Made by a program: the position numbers and the translations under genes. 28,703 nt of DNA from a virus: UHGV virus genome UHGV-0259485. One strand, given 5' to 3'. Below, piece after piece: positions 9,180-19,703 of the stretch. Positions within the stretch are counted from its first letter, which is position 1; the number at the start of each line of letters is the position of its first letter. A model generated the notes under the pieces. That model did no database searches and was not told where the DNA came from. It was given only the letters and a program-made list of their open reading frames with translations.

Positions 9180-9635
9180 CTATCTCCCGTGATTCAGGAA
9201 GTCGATTAGTTCTTCGCGTGTGGCGCTGTAAAAAGTCACGTCATCCACGCCTTTGAAGTATTTCTTGATGGTTCCTACACGCTTAAGGCCAATAATTGCG
9301 CAGTACATCTGCCCGTGGCGGAATTTGCGTGCAGCGAACGATGTGACGCACTGAACGGTGGTGTTAGTCAGAATGTATCGCCAGAACGCCAGCCCGATTT
9401 CCTTGCTGAATCCGCGAACCTCTGGCAGGTACATGGCGTGGCAATCGAATGTAAGCGGCTGAATCTCCTGGTAGTAAACAATGCCGCCAAACTGACCGTG
9501 CACGTTAACCTCAAAGTAACGGCATTCAGGCTTGTAGTCGTATCCATCACCGTTGTTGCTTCCAGCAATAATGTCAGGGTGATTTCCTACTGCTTCTATC
9601 AGGTCGATGTTTCGCGTTGGTTTGAATGTAATCAT
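9180..9635 (-). CDS. Virion protein in gp14 position (151 aa)
   Basis: Synteny between tail needle and gp7-like gene; no sequence signature recognised. Confidence 0.4.
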   Translation of the reverse strand: MITFKPTRNIDLIEAVGNHPDIIAGSNNGDGYDYKPECRYFEVNVHGQFGGIVYYQEIQPLTFDCHAMYLPEVRGFSKEIGLAFWRYILTNTTVQCVTSFAARKFRHGQMYCAIIGLKRVGTIKKYFKGVDDVTFYSATREELIDFLNHGR

Positions 9636-10336
9636 CAGTCAATCAGCCCATGTAATCTAAGTGCTGTTTCAAGCGCCAGAATACGCTGCCGCGCCTGCTG
9701 CAAACCTGTAGCGAGAGCTGCGACTTCGGATTGTGTGTACGTAGTGCCGACAGTGTATGACTGGTTAGCGTTGAATGAGCCAAGAAGTGGCGTACCTGTG
9801 GCTGCAGTCCATCCGGTATTTCTTGCTCCAACAACCTGAATTCCATCAACTGAATATGATGTTTTTACATCCAGCGGTGACGCAAGAGACTGCGATTCTG
9901 TTACGGTTTTCGATACGTAATCACTCTTAATGCCAGAGACATCGTTTTCTACGTCATCCAGTCTTTTGTCAACAGTGACCAGATGCGCCTGAATATCGAT
10001 AACCTCATCCAGCAAGTAATCAACATCGCTACGCAGTACGACTATCTTCCCTTCGGCGGTTGTTAACCTGACCTCAAGGAGATTTATCGCTTTTGTGTTT
10101 GCGGTGATTCTTGAATCGTGATCTGCCAGTTCGACGTCCTGTTCATCGTTTTTCACCTGAGCATCGTAAGCGCCCTGACCAGCCTGATTTGCCTTCCCGG
10201 CAATTGCGCCGACATCAGCCCCCTGATTAATGACATACAGCAGGTAAGACTGGCTGAATATATTGCGTGGAAGGATTGATGTATCGAGCCGCGTCGCCTG
10301 CACAATAACAGGGGTGTTGAGATTCGAATCAGCCAT
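9635..10336 (-). CDS. Tail needle protein, gp26-like (start refined to ATG 10336, 233 aa)
   Basis: [35 protein letters not shown]... closely resembles the P22 gp26 N-terminus; TAATG overlap with gp10 stop; coiled-coil core. Confidence 0.8.
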   Translation of the reverse strand: MADSNLNTPVIVQATRLDTSILPRNIFSQSYLLYVINQGADVGAIAGKANQAGQGAYDAQVKNDEQDVELADHDSRITANTKAINLLEVRLTTAEGKIVVLRSDVDYLLDEVIDIQAHLVTVDKRLDDVENDVSGIKSDYVSKTVTESQSLASPLDVKTSYSVDGIQVVGARNTGWTAATGTPLLGSFNANQSYTVGTTYTQSEVAALATGLQQARQRILALETALRLHGLID

Positions 10337-11754
10337 TACTCGATCCTTATCTGAGCGCCAGACAGAGTGACAGGTGACTTCGTGATAACGCGCAATTTGA
10401 AGCCGACATTTTTCCTGATGCGCCCTACTCGCTTCCACAAAACGCGTTTGTCGTAAACGAACGGTTCATTCTGCTCAATCATCTGCTCACGTCCGTAATT
10501 GATGCCGTCAGTGGTTGCAGAGAGGAACAGGCGGTCAGCGTACTGAGCGACACCAGTCGATGATTCAACTTCCAGATCAAAACATCTGGCGTTCTCAGCT
10601 TTGAAGAGTGGTGTAAACAACAGGTGTTCTTGCTGTAGCCCATACTGGCTGCTGATATCGAACTGCAATTTGCCGATAACCGATTCCAGCTTATCTCCGC
10701 ACGTTATCTGATTGCCTTCGTAAATGAAGTCGATAGCGCGGTACACATCGTCATACAAGCCTGTTTTCAGCACACACCATTGCGGACCATTGGCGCTTGA
10801 AGATGCGTCGTACACGAGAACATGGCGCGGAAGGTGGATAATCAGCAACTCATGAGCATCAAAGCGCAGAGACTCCATCACGCCATCAGCCAGTTCATCA
10901 GCAGTGTAGGAGCGGAGGATTTTCTCAATGCTCGCGCTGGCGATTGGTGACACCTGACCGGAGCCGATGATGTACACAGACGGCGCACCTGTTGCCGGAT
11001 TGCTGATGAACGCATACGAATCAGCAAACGGCGTTTTGCAGTAGGTTCCGGCGATTCCTTTTTGCACCATCAACGATGGCTGGGCGACATACAAAGCGGC
11101 ACCAACAGTGGTTGCGCCCGTCAGGGAGAAATATTCAATCGTCGATGAGCCAAAGCAGACGATGAAGTCTCGCCATGTTCCGATGCCGATGATGCCGTCC
11201 GGCTGAGATTCTGCGCGATATTGTGCGCTGTAACGGTCAGGATGCGATTCGTCTTCAGGGTCAGTGATAAACCATGAATCAGTGCCGTCTTTTGACCACG
11301 CATAACGCCCACGCAAGCGCGTAATGTCGCGGACTGAGCCTAACTCATACTGCGTGAATCCGCTGTCTGTAGGCCAGTTTGAGACGGTTTTAACCGTGCC
11401 ATCATAGCGGTATTCGACCAGTTGACCATTAACGCCTACCGCCTGTGATGTTCGACCATGCGCCATTGATACGCGACCACTTCCGGCGACGTCACCGACT
11501 TCACTTTCTCCTTTGTACAGCTTACCACCACATACGCGATAAACAGCATTCTGCGCCATGTTGTACTCGACGCCCCGCGATACGCCGTTCACATCAGAAC
11601 GTTTGGCAATGCCCGGGAATGAGCGAAGATATCCGCTGCTGTTGAGTATTTCTTTGGGCGTAGCCAGCATATTCACTGGCAGATAGTCGATATAGTCGGC
11701 GTTTCGAAAGTCTTTGCCGACACCTTTCATAAGCGGAAGTTGCTGAATCGGCAT
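10336..11754 (-). CDS. Tail accessory / head-completion protein, gp10-like (472 aa)
   Basis: [46 protein letters not shown] matches the P22 gp10 N-terminus; identical length. Confidence 0.8.
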   Translation of the reverse strand: MPIQQLPLMKGVGKDFRNADYIDYLPVNMLATPKEILNSSGYLRSFPGIAKRSDVNGVSRGVEYNMAQNAVYRVCGGKLYKGESEVGDVAGSGRVSMAHGRTSQAVGVNGQLVEYRYDGTVKTVSNWPTDSGFTQYELGSVRDITRLRGRYAWSKDGTDSWFITDPEDESHPDRYSAQYRAESQPDGIIGIGTWRDFIVCFGSSTIEYFSLTGATTVGAALYVAQPSLMVQKGIAGTYCKTPFADSYAFISNPATGAPSVYIIGSGQVSPIASASIEKILRSYTADELADGVMESLRFDAHELLIIHLPRHVLVYDASSSANGPQWCVLKTGLYDDVYRAIDFIYEGNQITCGDKLESVIGKLQFDISSQYGLQQEHLLFTPLFKAENARCFDLEVESSTGVAQYADRLFLSATTDGINYGREQMIEQNEPFVYDKRVLWKRVGRIRKNVGFKLRVITKSPVTLSGAQIRIE

Positions 11755-11763
11755 TTATTCACC

Positions 11764-12225
11764 TCACGTACTCGGATCATCTTTCTCGATGTAAAACCGA
11801 TTCCACGTAAACGCGCTTTTTAACCCCGCCCCGCGAGGCATGTCATTTCGTCGCTCAAGTGGTGGTATTTTGGTTAAAGCGATACAGATTGTTTGATATG
11901 CACTGTCAGCAGCGGTAAGGAGAGCGTCTGACGGCTGAATGACGTTATCCATGCACACTTGCACAGCGAGTTTCAAAGCGACGCCATCATTTGCCCATGC
12001 AGGGATACCTGAATCATCGTCAGGTAACGGCATGATGCCGTTTTCTGTATCAGCAAACTGATATCCAAGCTCGATACCTTTAGCCTGCCATGCTGCCATC
12101 ATGTCTTCGAGGTCATTAATGGCATCTTCAATTGCCTGAGGGTCAGCATCTGTCAACGTGGCATTGGAATACAGCCCGGCTTTTCGTAAAGCCTTTAGAA
12201 CGAGATCACCCTTCGTTTTCGCCAT
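11764..12225 (-). CDS. Tail accessory / adaptor protein, gp4-like by synteny (153 aa)
   Basis: Position between coat and gp10 as P22 gene 4; acidic. Confidence 0.55.
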   Translation of the reverse strand: MAKTKGDLVLKALRKAGLYSNATLTDADPQAIEDAINDLEDMMAAWQAKGIELGYQFADTENGIMPLPDDDSGIPAWANDGVALKLAVQVCMDNVIQPSDALLTAADSAYQTICIALTKIPPLERRNDMPRGAGLKSAFTWNRFYIEKDDPST

Positions 12226-12394
12226 CTTCTTCCGCCTTAGCCACTTTTTGCTTCGTTGCGGTTTCTTCAGGAGTTTTTACCCAGCCTTTTTTCAGGTGAG
12301 ATTTAACTTCTTCGTCATCAACGATGATGTAATCCAGCGAGTGGGGGCCGCAGGTGATCATCGATCCCGGCTTATAAAGCATGATTTGAGACAT
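12206..12394 (-). CDS. Small hypothetical protein (62 aa) after the coat gene; start trimmed to internal ATG
   Basis: Track ORF 12206..12562 overlaps coat and the terminator; internal ATG at 12394 has a GGAG RBS and lies just downstream of the terminator. Confidence 0.35.
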   Translation of the reverse strand: MSQIMLYKPGSMITCGPHSLDYIIVDDEEVKSHLKKGWVKTPEETATKQKVAKAEEDGENEG

Positions 12395-12404
12395 TTCGAT
12401 CTCC

Positions 12405-12431
12405 AAAAAAAAAGAGGGGCCGAAGCCCCTT
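12405..12431 (-). terminator. Rho-independent terminator immediately after the coat gene
   Basis: Plus A9-GAGGGGC-CGAA-GCCCCT; on the minus strand a GC stem with tetraloop followed by U9. Confidence 0.7.
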
Positions 12432-12434
12432 GGA

Positions 12435-13694
12435 TTACTGGTTAGCCAGTACCAGGCCGGTGAATTCCGGGACCAGTACGCTTGCGCCAGCCAGCGTGGT
12501 GAAGCGAGTCCACGTTTTGCCAGATTTAGCGTCGAACTGGTAAGCCATGATGATGGTCGCACCCTGCTCGGTCCTTGCGGTCATAACCTGCGGACCCTGG
12601 CCGGTAGGGAATGCCAACTTGCCATACATCAGCTCAACAGAACCCTCAGCGAAGAAGATGTTGGAAGCCGCAGCCTTCTTGTTGAGGATGGTGATCGCCG
12701 CGTTTGCCACCGGATTGGCGGTAACGTTCTGGTAAGGAATAGACGCCTTATCCGCGTTGTCTGGTGGCAGAATTTTCGGGCTGATGGTAACGGTAGTGCC
12801 ATTTACTGCCAGGACGCGGAATACCTGCGGCTTACCTGTATCCACCTTCTTGATCATGTGGACACTGTTAACGCCTGCGATAGTGAATGCATCGCCGACA
12901 GCCAGTACGCCAGCAGTGGATACGGTGATGTCACCCTGGCGGTTATCGGTAGGCGCGCCGTTGGAATCCATCGCGGTAACTTTGTGTTTTACTGCGCCGC
13001 CGAGAGTTACAGCGGTAGCTGAACCAGCCTTCATTGCGCCAGCATAATCAACGCGGAAACTGTCGAAGGATGCCACAGGTGGAATCTGAGCTTTCTCATA
13101 GGCTGTCAGAGTTGCACCGACCGCATATGCGCGAGAGCCAAGCTCCTTAGCCAGGTCTTTGTAGTTGAACGGGTTGTAGAACGCCTTGCGCTGACCACCC
13201 TGAGGCACACCAATGGACAGCATCATTGCATCAACGTCAGCCGATGCGTTCCAGAGTTCTTCGCCGAGAGTGCTACCGGTGGACGCCGATTTAATGGTGA
13301 CCACGTTGGTGGAGCGAGCGACCACCTCATCGACGATCATGTTATCAACCCACGCCGCCAACTGGCGACCCGCCGCCTTGCCAGCCTGCTCTTTGTGCCA
13401 CGGATCGCGCATTTCTTTTGCGTCCAGTTCGTAGATGACGTTCTCTGGCTCGCGGAAGCGAGCAGGCACCTGACGCTGAACGAGTGAGTTTGCAGTGGCC
13501 GAAGTCAGATCAAGTCCGCTCACGGTTTTCAGGTGGTAGCCCTGAGGGCGATAAACAACGTCGCCAGCGCGCTGCATTTCAATGTCGCCCGGTCGGAACT
13601 TGCTGCACTCGCGGGAAACGACATTGGACGCCTCAAAACTATCAATGACGCTCTCAAAGAGGATTTCGAGGTCTTTTGTTAACTGGTTAGACAT
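12435..13694 (-). CDS. Major capsid (coat) protein (419 aa)
   Basis: Downstream of scaffold, followed by strong terminator; size close to P22/Sf6 coat proteins. Assigned by synteny. Confidence 0.7.
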   Translation of the reverse strand: MSNQLTKDLEILFESVIDSFEASNVVSRECSKFRPGDIEMQRAGDVVYRPQGYHLKTVSGLDLTSATANSLVQRQVPARFREPENVIYELDAKEMRDPWHKEQAGKAAGRQLAAWVDNMIVDEVVARSTNVVTIKSASTGSTLGEELWNASADVDAMMLSIGVPQGGQRKAFYNPFNYKDLAKELGSRAYAVGATLTAYEKAQIPPVASFDSFRVDYAGAMKAGSATAVTLGGAVKHKVTAMDSNGAPTDNRQGDITVSTAGVLAVGDAFTIAGVNSVHMIKKVDTGKPQVFRVLAVNGTTVTISPKILPPDNADKASIPYQNVTANPVANAAITILNKKAAASNIFFAEGSVELMYGKLAFPTGQGPQVMTARTEQGATIIMAYQFDAKSGKTWTRFTTLAGASVLVPEFTGLVLANQ

Positions 13695-13714
13695 AGGTAT
13701 TTAGCTCCGATGGA

Positions 13715-14611
13715 TTATTTTTTAGCTTTGTTCTTCGCCGCCCGGTATTCGGTGTAATCACCGGTGTCGCGCGCTTTTTCGAGAAGTTTGTCGAGGTTAT
13801 TGATTACTGCGCCGTTGCTCCCCTTAACTGTCGGGGTTGTGGCTGCCGTGGTTTTTGCTTTTGGCATGATTCTGGCCTTCGATTCGATACGTTCCAGCAG
13901 ACGACCAATTGCTACGGGGTTGGTAGCTTCTGCCAGTTGCTTGCGCAGTTCAGCGTTGCGACCGAGTGCCAGAACAACGATTTCCGGCTTCTCTGACTCA
14001 AGAAGGATCATGTCCTGAATGTGAACAGGAACATCTTCGCGTACAGCCTGCTCTGCATCCTGGTAACCAGCCACTTTCAGTGCTTTTACTCTATGCATGT
14101 AATTGGCTGCTTTCTGCTGAAGCGTTGCGGTACGCGCCTCTTCCTCTCGTTTCCGCTCTCGTACTTGCTCCTGGTATTTGCCGTTATCCTCTGCCCACTT
14201 AGCCATGCGTTGCTGATAGATTTCTTCATCGAAACCGATGTCCTCATCATCCAGTTTTGGCATTCGCGGTGGTTGAGTGATTACCGGCTGCTGCTCGACG
14301 GGTTTCTGAGACTGACGCATCAGCTCTTTCAGCTCACGGTCTTTCTCTTTAATCGTCTTGCGCAAGTGTTTTACCAGTCCATGCTCTGCGCCATCTTCGC
14401 TGGTTGGCGAATCCAGCTTTTCGTCACCAAAGTAGAATTCCTGTTCTGATTCGTCGTCATCAGTGTCAGTAGCTTCCTCTGCATCATTTCCTGAGGACTC
14501 ACTGCCATCTGCTGTTTCGACTTCTTCAGCCAGTTCGACATCATCAGGAATCTGCTCTGACGCGTCGGTTTCGATTTCAACTTCTGGTGTGTTTTCTGCC
14601 ATCTGGTCCAT
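13715..14611 (-). CDS. Scaffolding protein (298 aa)
   Basis: Highly acidic N-terminus, charged helical body, basic C-terminal tail (RAAKNKAKK); between portal and coat; size near P22 gp8. Confidence 0.7.
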   Translation of the reverse strand: MDQMAENTPEVEIETDASEQIPDDVELAEEVETADGSESSGNDAEEATDTDDDESEQEFYFGDEKLDSPTSEDGAEHGLVKHLRKTIKEKDRELKELMRQSQKPVEQQPVITQPPRMPKLDDEDIGFDEEIYQQRMAKWAEDNGKYQEQVRERKREEEARTATLQQKAANYMHRVKALKVAGYQDAEQAVREDVPVHIQDMILLESEKPEIVVLALGRNAELRKQLAEATNPVAIGRLLERIESKARIMPKAKTTAATTPTVKGSNGAVINNLDKLLEKARDTGDYTEYRAAKNKAKK

Positions 14612-14701
14612 TTGTTACCCCTGTTTACTCGATGTTCAGCCCATCGGAAGGCAATAGGGTGCCAGGCCTCATAAAGACAGCCATTGCACGTTATGGGTTA
14701 A

Positions 14702-16900
14702 TTACTGCTGTGGTTGTTGCTGAGTTGATTTTTGCAGGATGCTGCTGATGTCCATGCGCTGCGCATGACCCTGTGCCTGACTTTTCAGGACAAGCTCTGC
14801 ATCAGCACGGGCATTGTCTCCTTGCTGTTGCTGGAACTGTCCGAGCAGTTTCAGAGCCTCGCGGATATCAGATTTCTGCTGGCTATCGGCAGATGCGAGG
14901 ATTTTCACAACGTTTGCCGCTGCAACCTGAGCATCAGTCTGTGCCTGGAATGCTTTAACCTGAATGGCTGCCTGTTCGTTCTGCGCTTTCTGCAATTCAG
15001 CCTGACCTGCAAGAAGCTGACCTTGCGCTGCAACCATAGCCGGATCTGGCTGACTGGCCTGTTGTTGTTTCGCCTGCTCAACCATTTGCTGTTCTTCAGG
15101 CGTTCTCGGCTTGATAACGCCAGAAAGAAGCAACTGATTGCGGTTGTATTCTTTCAGGTCGTCCATCCCTTCGCCGTCCATATTGTCGAGAATCATCGAC
15201 GATACAAGGTCATGCTTCGGCGTTCCTGGCGGGATAAGTGCCAGCATGGAAAGTAACGACTTAACCGTTGCATCACGGCGAGTAGCGAACGACTGACCGA
15301 CATCGACAGTCACTTCATAGTTACCCTGCGAAAGGTCGTTAAGCGCGATAACCTGCCCTGTCTGACGGTCAACCACTTCACCAGTCATCAGCGCCACGTC
15401 ATCGCTGTCATCCTCATTAACGATGCGCATTGGCGTATCGCTGCCATAGACTTCACGAGCCATAGAAAGCCACACGACGCCAGCACGGCGCATGGATTTA
15501 GCCATGTTGTCCATGTAGATATAGGACTGCGTGTCCATCCGGTTAAAGATGCTATCAACGGTATCGGTAGCGACGTTGCTCGGCATGTTCTCAAGCTGCG
15601 ACGCACCTGTAATTTGCTGAATAGCCGTTCCGGTGTACTGCAATAGCCCGGCAAGAGCTGGAGGCATTTGTGTCGGAGGTGTCCAGCCAGCAACCTGAGC
15701 CTCTGAAATGACCGTTCCGTTTTTGTCCTTCTTGCTGGTCATGGGAAGAACTGCAGGTCTTTTCTTATTCCTCTCTGCCCAGTGATTCATTAATGGACCG
15801 GGAATGAAATCAACATCCACGATAGGAATGCCATCACCGCCAGCCTGAGTAGCGTTATCTGCAATCATGGAAACCATCAGGTTCTCAAGACGCTGTGCAT
15901 CCATCGCTTTTGCAGCGTGGCCTTCGATTCGCTCCTGATTATCAACAAATGAACGACGCCCATATACCGGGATGAGAGGAATATGTTCGCCCGGAATACG
16001 CTTCGGTTCTTCCAGCCATTCAGCGCCAGACAGAAGACCGCAATAAACTCGGCGTTTCTTCACTGTCCGCTCACCAATCAGTTCGAATGCGCCATCGGTC
16101 AGCTCGTCGACAATATCTTTGATTTGATCTTCATCATAGATTGCCGTTTCTCCGCTAACAGGGTTACGCCATGCTGTGAGCTTCACCTTCTCTACGCGAA
16201 CTTCGTAGTAGCGACCAACATAGATAGCATCAGGAGTTGACCAGTCATATTGAGTACCAGTGTCATCACGAGAAAGGCTTGCCGCGATGGAATCAGGGTA
16301 TTCAGCCTCGAACGCTTTAGGCGTCATGGAGAACATTTCCATAGCCCACATAGCATCAGAGCGGTCATATTGCTTGCTGTCCTGATCAAAGAAGACGCAT
16401 GTCGCTGGGTCGTAAACAGGGAGAAGGCTTATACGGCGTTGCTCGTTACTCGGATCCATTTCATCTTCGTAATCAGCACACATGCGGAAACAACCGAATC
16501 CGCCCGTTACAGCATCATCAAATGCGTTATCACACGCTTCGCCACCGGATGTTTCCTGATAATCAGCGCGGAATTTGCCGTTCATCTTTTCGGCTAACGC
16601 TTCCGATGCCTTGTCATCCTTCGGCCTGAATTTAACGCTGATGCGATTCTGTCGATACTCGCCAATGATGCGATCACATTCACGGGCAATCTTATTCAGT
16701 TCAAAGCGCGGGTAATGCTCAAACCTGCCTTCATCAAATGAGTAACCAGCGTTTGTGCTGCCTTCCCACTGTGCGCCGGACACCCGGACGAAACGTTGAG
16801 CCTCAATAATCTGCTCACGCATATCCTGCGTTGCTGACCAGGCATTATCAAAGTTGCACAGCACCTTGCGATGCCAGTCAGTCATCTTTTTTTCTGCCAT
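14702..16900 (-). CDS. Portal protein (732 aa)
   Basis: Size and position match P22 gp1; Gln-rich C-terminal helical segment (QQMVEQAKQQQASQPDPAMVAAQGQLLAGQAELQKAQNEQ) typical of P22-like portals. Confidence 0.8.
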   Translation of the reverse strand: MAEKKMTDWHRKVLCNFDNAWSATQDMREQIIEAQRFVRVSGAQWEGSTNAGYSFDEGRFEHYPRFELNKIARECDRIIGEYRQNRISVKFRPKDDKASEALAEKMNGKFRADYQETSGGEACDNAFDDAVTGGFGCFRMCADYEDEMDPSNEQRRISLLPVYDPATCVFFDQDSKQYDRSDAMWAMEMFSMTPKAFEAEYPDSIAASLSRDDTGTQYDWSTPDAIYVGRYYEVRVEKVKLTAWRNPVSGETAIYDEDQIKDIVDELTDGAFELIGERTVKKRRVYCGLLSGAEWLEEPKRIPGEHIPLIPVYGRRSFVDNQERIEGHAAKAMDAQRLENLMVSMIADNATQAGGDGIPIVDVDFIPGPLMNHWAERNKKRPAVLPMTSKKDKNGTVISEAQVAGWTPPTQMPPALAGLLQYTGTAIQQITGASQLENMPSNVATDTVDSIFNRMDTQSYIYMDNMAKSMRRAGVVWLSMAREVYGSDTPMRIVNEDDSDDVALMTGEVVDRQTGQVIALNDLSQGNYEVTVDVGQSFATRRDATVKSLLSMLALIPPGTPKHDLVSSMILDNMDGEGMDDLKEYNRNQLLLSGVIKPRTPEEQQMVEQAKQQQASQPDPAMVAAQGQLLAGQAELQKAQNEQAAIQVKAFQAQTDAQVAAANVVKILASADSQQKSDIREALKLLGQFQQQQGDNARADAELVLKSQAQGHAQRMDISSILQKSTQQQPQQ

Positions 16901-16901
16901 A

Positions 16902-18317
16902 TCAACCTACACCACAAGGAATTGAGTAACTGGAATAGTCGGGTTGCGCAGCCGACTCCGGGCAATGCATACACATCATCAGCGCATCAGCCAGGTTAGG
17001 AGATGGAATACCGAGCTTCTGCTTCATTTCGACCTTAGTCATTAGCTCAAGCTTCCCGTTGTTATTGAATTTGCGCTGAATCTGCGTCAGTTCTGCAAAC
17101 AGCTTCTCCAGCATCTTCTCGCCTATCGCTTCTTTGTCGAAACTCAGCATGTCGTCGGGGTCTGCATACTCACCGTGAACAACCGCCCGATATGTCAGAT
17201 ACAGCCTGTCAGCCAGCGCGTAATAGAATTGTGCTCGCTTATTGCGGAACACATCACCAATAGTGCGAACGTTGTCGCCCTGTACGACTTCATCGGCCCA
17301 TGCTCCGGCCTGATATGGTGCATCTTCATCGAATGGCGATTCGCTGCCCTTGAACATCGTGGCGGTGATTTTCTTGCCGGAGAACGCTTCCGTTGTCTGT
17401 CTGCGTAGCCCAGCACCAACACCATCACCATCCCACAGGTAGTGGTCAGCGCCGTCTTCAATCGCCAGCGAAGTTGCCCAGTCAGCACCCTCGTTGATAT
17501 CCATCAGCAGACCTTCGGCAATGCGCTTAACTACCGAACCGTGACGCGATGCATAACCTTTAGCATCTGGCCCTGTATCTGATGGGTCATGCGCAGAGAC
17601 AACAGCGCCTTTCGCTTTCCATCCGAGTTTCTTGTGCGCATCGGTTGCGGCTTCAAGCCATTCACGTTTGATGATTGCCATATCACTTGCGCTTACTGGC
17701 TCACCAAGCCAGATGTGACGATACAGTGTCGGGTTTCTGCGTTTACACTCTTCCATCTCCAGACGGAGAACTTCAGGAAAATGCGGATTGTCGGTGTAGT
17801 TCACCGTCAGCAGACAAATATCATCGGGAGGATTTACAACGAATCGCTGATAGGTATCGTCGAGTATGTTCTTCGGGTTAAAGCTCACCCATATTTCGGA
17901 AAACGGCTTGCGGATGGTTGGTATCAGGATATCCCACGATTCCTTTGTTACCGCTTCCGCTTCTTCCACCCAGCAGATATCAATGCCTTCGAGCGATTTA
18001 ATCTTCGTAGGGTTGTTTTTTATGCCGTAGAACATGAATTCAGCATTCGTTCCGAGATGACGGATCATTGAACGCTGAATTTCAAACTCAGCCGAATACC
18101 CTTCCCGCTCTATGGTGTCTTCAAGCAACCGGATTACCGAATCGCTGATACTGTTTTGCAGTTCACGAGCGCAGAGAATACGCACAGGCTGCCGACGCGC
18201 CGCCTCAACAAGCAGCCTAGCAATTGCCCATGACTTACCGCTACCTCGACCGCCTTTGGCGACTTTGTAGCGATGCGCCTCAATGAACGGTTCAAAGATA
18301 GGATTAATCGAGGTCAT
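16902..18317 (-). CDS. Terminase large subunit (471 aa)
   Basis: Walker A-like KGGRGSGKS near N-terminus; follows TerS with ATGA overlap; size like Sf6 gp2. Confidence 0.85.
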   Translation of the reverse strand: MTSINPIFEPFIEAHRYKVAKGGRGSGKSWAIARLLVEAARRQPVRILCARELQNSISDSVIRLLEDTIEREGYSAEFEIQRSMIRHLGTNAEFMFYGIKNNPTKIKSLEGIDICWVEEAEAVTKESWDILIPTIRKPFSEIWVSFNPKNILDDTYQRFVVNPPDDICLLTVNYTDNPHFPEVLRLEMEECKRRNPTLYRHIWLGEPVSASDMAIIKREWLEAATDAHKKLGWKAKGAVVSAHDPSDTGPDAKGYASRHGSVVKRIAEGLLMDINEGADWATSLAIEDGADHYLWDGDGVGAGLRRQTTEAFSGKKITATMFKGSESPFDEDAPYQAGAWADEVVQGDNVRTIGDVFRNKRAQFYYALADRLYLTYRAVVHGEYADPDDMLSFDKEAIGEKMLEKLFAELTQIQRKFNNNGKLELMTKVEMKQKLGIPSPNLADALMMCMHCPESAAQPDYSSYSIPCGVG

Positions 18318-18739
18318 TTTCCGAATAGAGTGCTCATCGGTGATGTTTCAATCTGGATTGCGCCGCCGTCTTTGCCGACAAGCTCATTAGTTACCTTGTC
18401 GCCATACTTACGGGGATTCATTCTGGCCAGCGCCCATTTGCGGGTATCAACGCGAAGTCTTGCCTTTGCCACCTCTGCGGCATCAGGGATTACGTCGTCA
18501 GCAATTTCGAATATCTCTTCGAAAATAGAGTCGGCCCGAGTCTCTGTTGCCTTCGCGTACTGGTCACGAAACTCCTGATGTTCAGCCAGCCAGCGAAAAA
18601 CTGATGTTTTGCTCGGCATTCCTGGGCGTTCGCAAACTTTGCGCAGACTCTCACCGGAGGAAAGCAATGCGCAAATGTCATTAGCCACCTCCGGCATATA
18701 ATCAGAGGGGCGACCACCTTTCTTTTTCTCAGTCGCCAT
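18314..18739 (-). CDS. Terminase small subunit, Sf6 gp1-like (141 aa)
   Basis: GGRPSDYMPEVANDICALLSSGESLRKVCERPGMPSKTSVFRWL HTH-type DNA-binding N-terminus; immediately upstream of TerL. Confidence 0.75.
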   Translation of the reverse strand: MATEKKKGGRPSDYMPEVANDICALLSSGESLRKVCERPGMPSKTSVFRWLAEHQEFRDQYAKATETRADSIFEEIFEIADDVIPDAAEVAKARLRVDTRKWALARMNPRKYGDKVTNELVGKDGGAIQIETSPMSTLFGK

Positions 18740-18818
18740 ATTGATTATTTCCCTTCTGCTTGCTTATCCCATTCATCGCGGAATTTGGATGGGTTGTCGA
18801 AACCTTGAGTTGCCATGT

Positions 18819-19061
18819 TTACGCTCCCGTAGTGAACAGGTCTAACGCTTCCTTCGATTTACGTACCGCTTCGATTGTGCGGGTCGTGATATCTGAATTA
18901 GCGCCGCCTGACTGGAAGTGAATTTTGAATAGCTCAAGCTTCAGCTCGTCAGTGCCAATGAACTGAAATGCTTCCTCTGCGGCTGCGTTCTGGTTCATGA
19001 CCAGTTTGTAAATCTCTAGCTGGAATTTCTGTTCTTCAGTCATGGGAATAATCTCTGCCAT
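18819..19061 (-). CDS. Small conserved phage protein (80 aa), P22 orf80-like position
   Basis: Located between Rha and TerS; no motif recognised. Confidence 0.4.
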   Translation of the reverse strand: MAEIIPMTEEQKFQLEIYKLVMNQNAAAEEAFQFIGTDELKLELFKIHFQSGGANSDITTRTIEAVRKSKEALDLFTTGA

Positions 19062-19164
19062 TGTTGGCTCCGTTTATCCGTTAAAAGGGATATCAGTTAA
19101 GTTATCCCGTGTAGGGTATAAGCCATTATCAAAGCCACTCTGTAGGGAATGGCTTTTGTAATAA

Positions 19165-19545
19165 CTACTGTTCGCTTAGCTTCTGCTTCAGCAAGTAACC
19201 TTCGAGCATCCAGATTTTGTTTACAGCATTTTGCCGGGCAATCTTCCGACCAATTTCTGCATCAAAGTTTTCCGGACTTGCACAGGCACTCTCTCCGGTA
19301 ACGGTGAAGCCATTCTTCAGCACCAGTACGCAGAAAGTGAGCAACTTCAATGGTGATAAATCACGATCGCCTTCTTCTGGTTTTTCTCTGCCACAATATT
19401 CGTTGCTGGAAATGGCACCATTACGTCCATCATAAGCAGTAAAGTAATGCTCGCTTTTAATCACGTCTTCGATGTGCTGCGGGGTAACTCGCGGAGCGGT
19501 TTTGCCTTTCTCAACGATTTCTTTTTCGATTTGCTGGTCGTTCAT
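19165..19545 (-). CDS. Hypothetical phage protein (126 aa)
   Basis: ORF between Rha and orf80-like gene; no family recognised with confidence. Confidence 0.4.
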   Translation of the reverse strand: MNDQQIEKEIVEKGKTAPRVTPQHIEDVIKSEHYFTAYDGRNGAISSNEYCGREKPEEGDRDLSPLKLLTFCVLVLKNGFTVTGESACASPENFDAEIGRKIARQNAVNKIWMLEGYLLKQKLSEQ

Positions 19546-19703
19546 AATTATGACCCTGTAGAGTGGTTGCTTGATTAGGATGTCTTTCCATCAGTCCGCC
19601 ACCACAAAGAATCTTTTTTGCCATAAGGCAGGAGGTTCATCTTTCAGTGGCTGCCAGTGTTATTTCCCCACTTACTGGCTTGGGTTGTTTCGCGGTGCTG
19701 CCG

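Noticed and set aside
9635-10438. 5' extension of the tail-needle ORF (267 aa as listed)
   Set aside because: Extension overlaps the upstream gp10-like gene by ~100 bp; the internal ATG at 10336 gives the canonical MADSNLN... N-terminus.
14732-15256. Plus-strand 174-aa ORF
   Set aside because: Antisense within the portal gene.
17589-18071. Plus-strand 160-aa ORF
   Set aside because: Antisense within the terminase large subunit gene.
19546-19703. Possible small ORF (MAKKILCGGGL...) upstream of the 126-aa gene
   Set aside because: No Shine-Dalgarno sequence and it runs into the next gene's start; more likely promoter or leader sequence.
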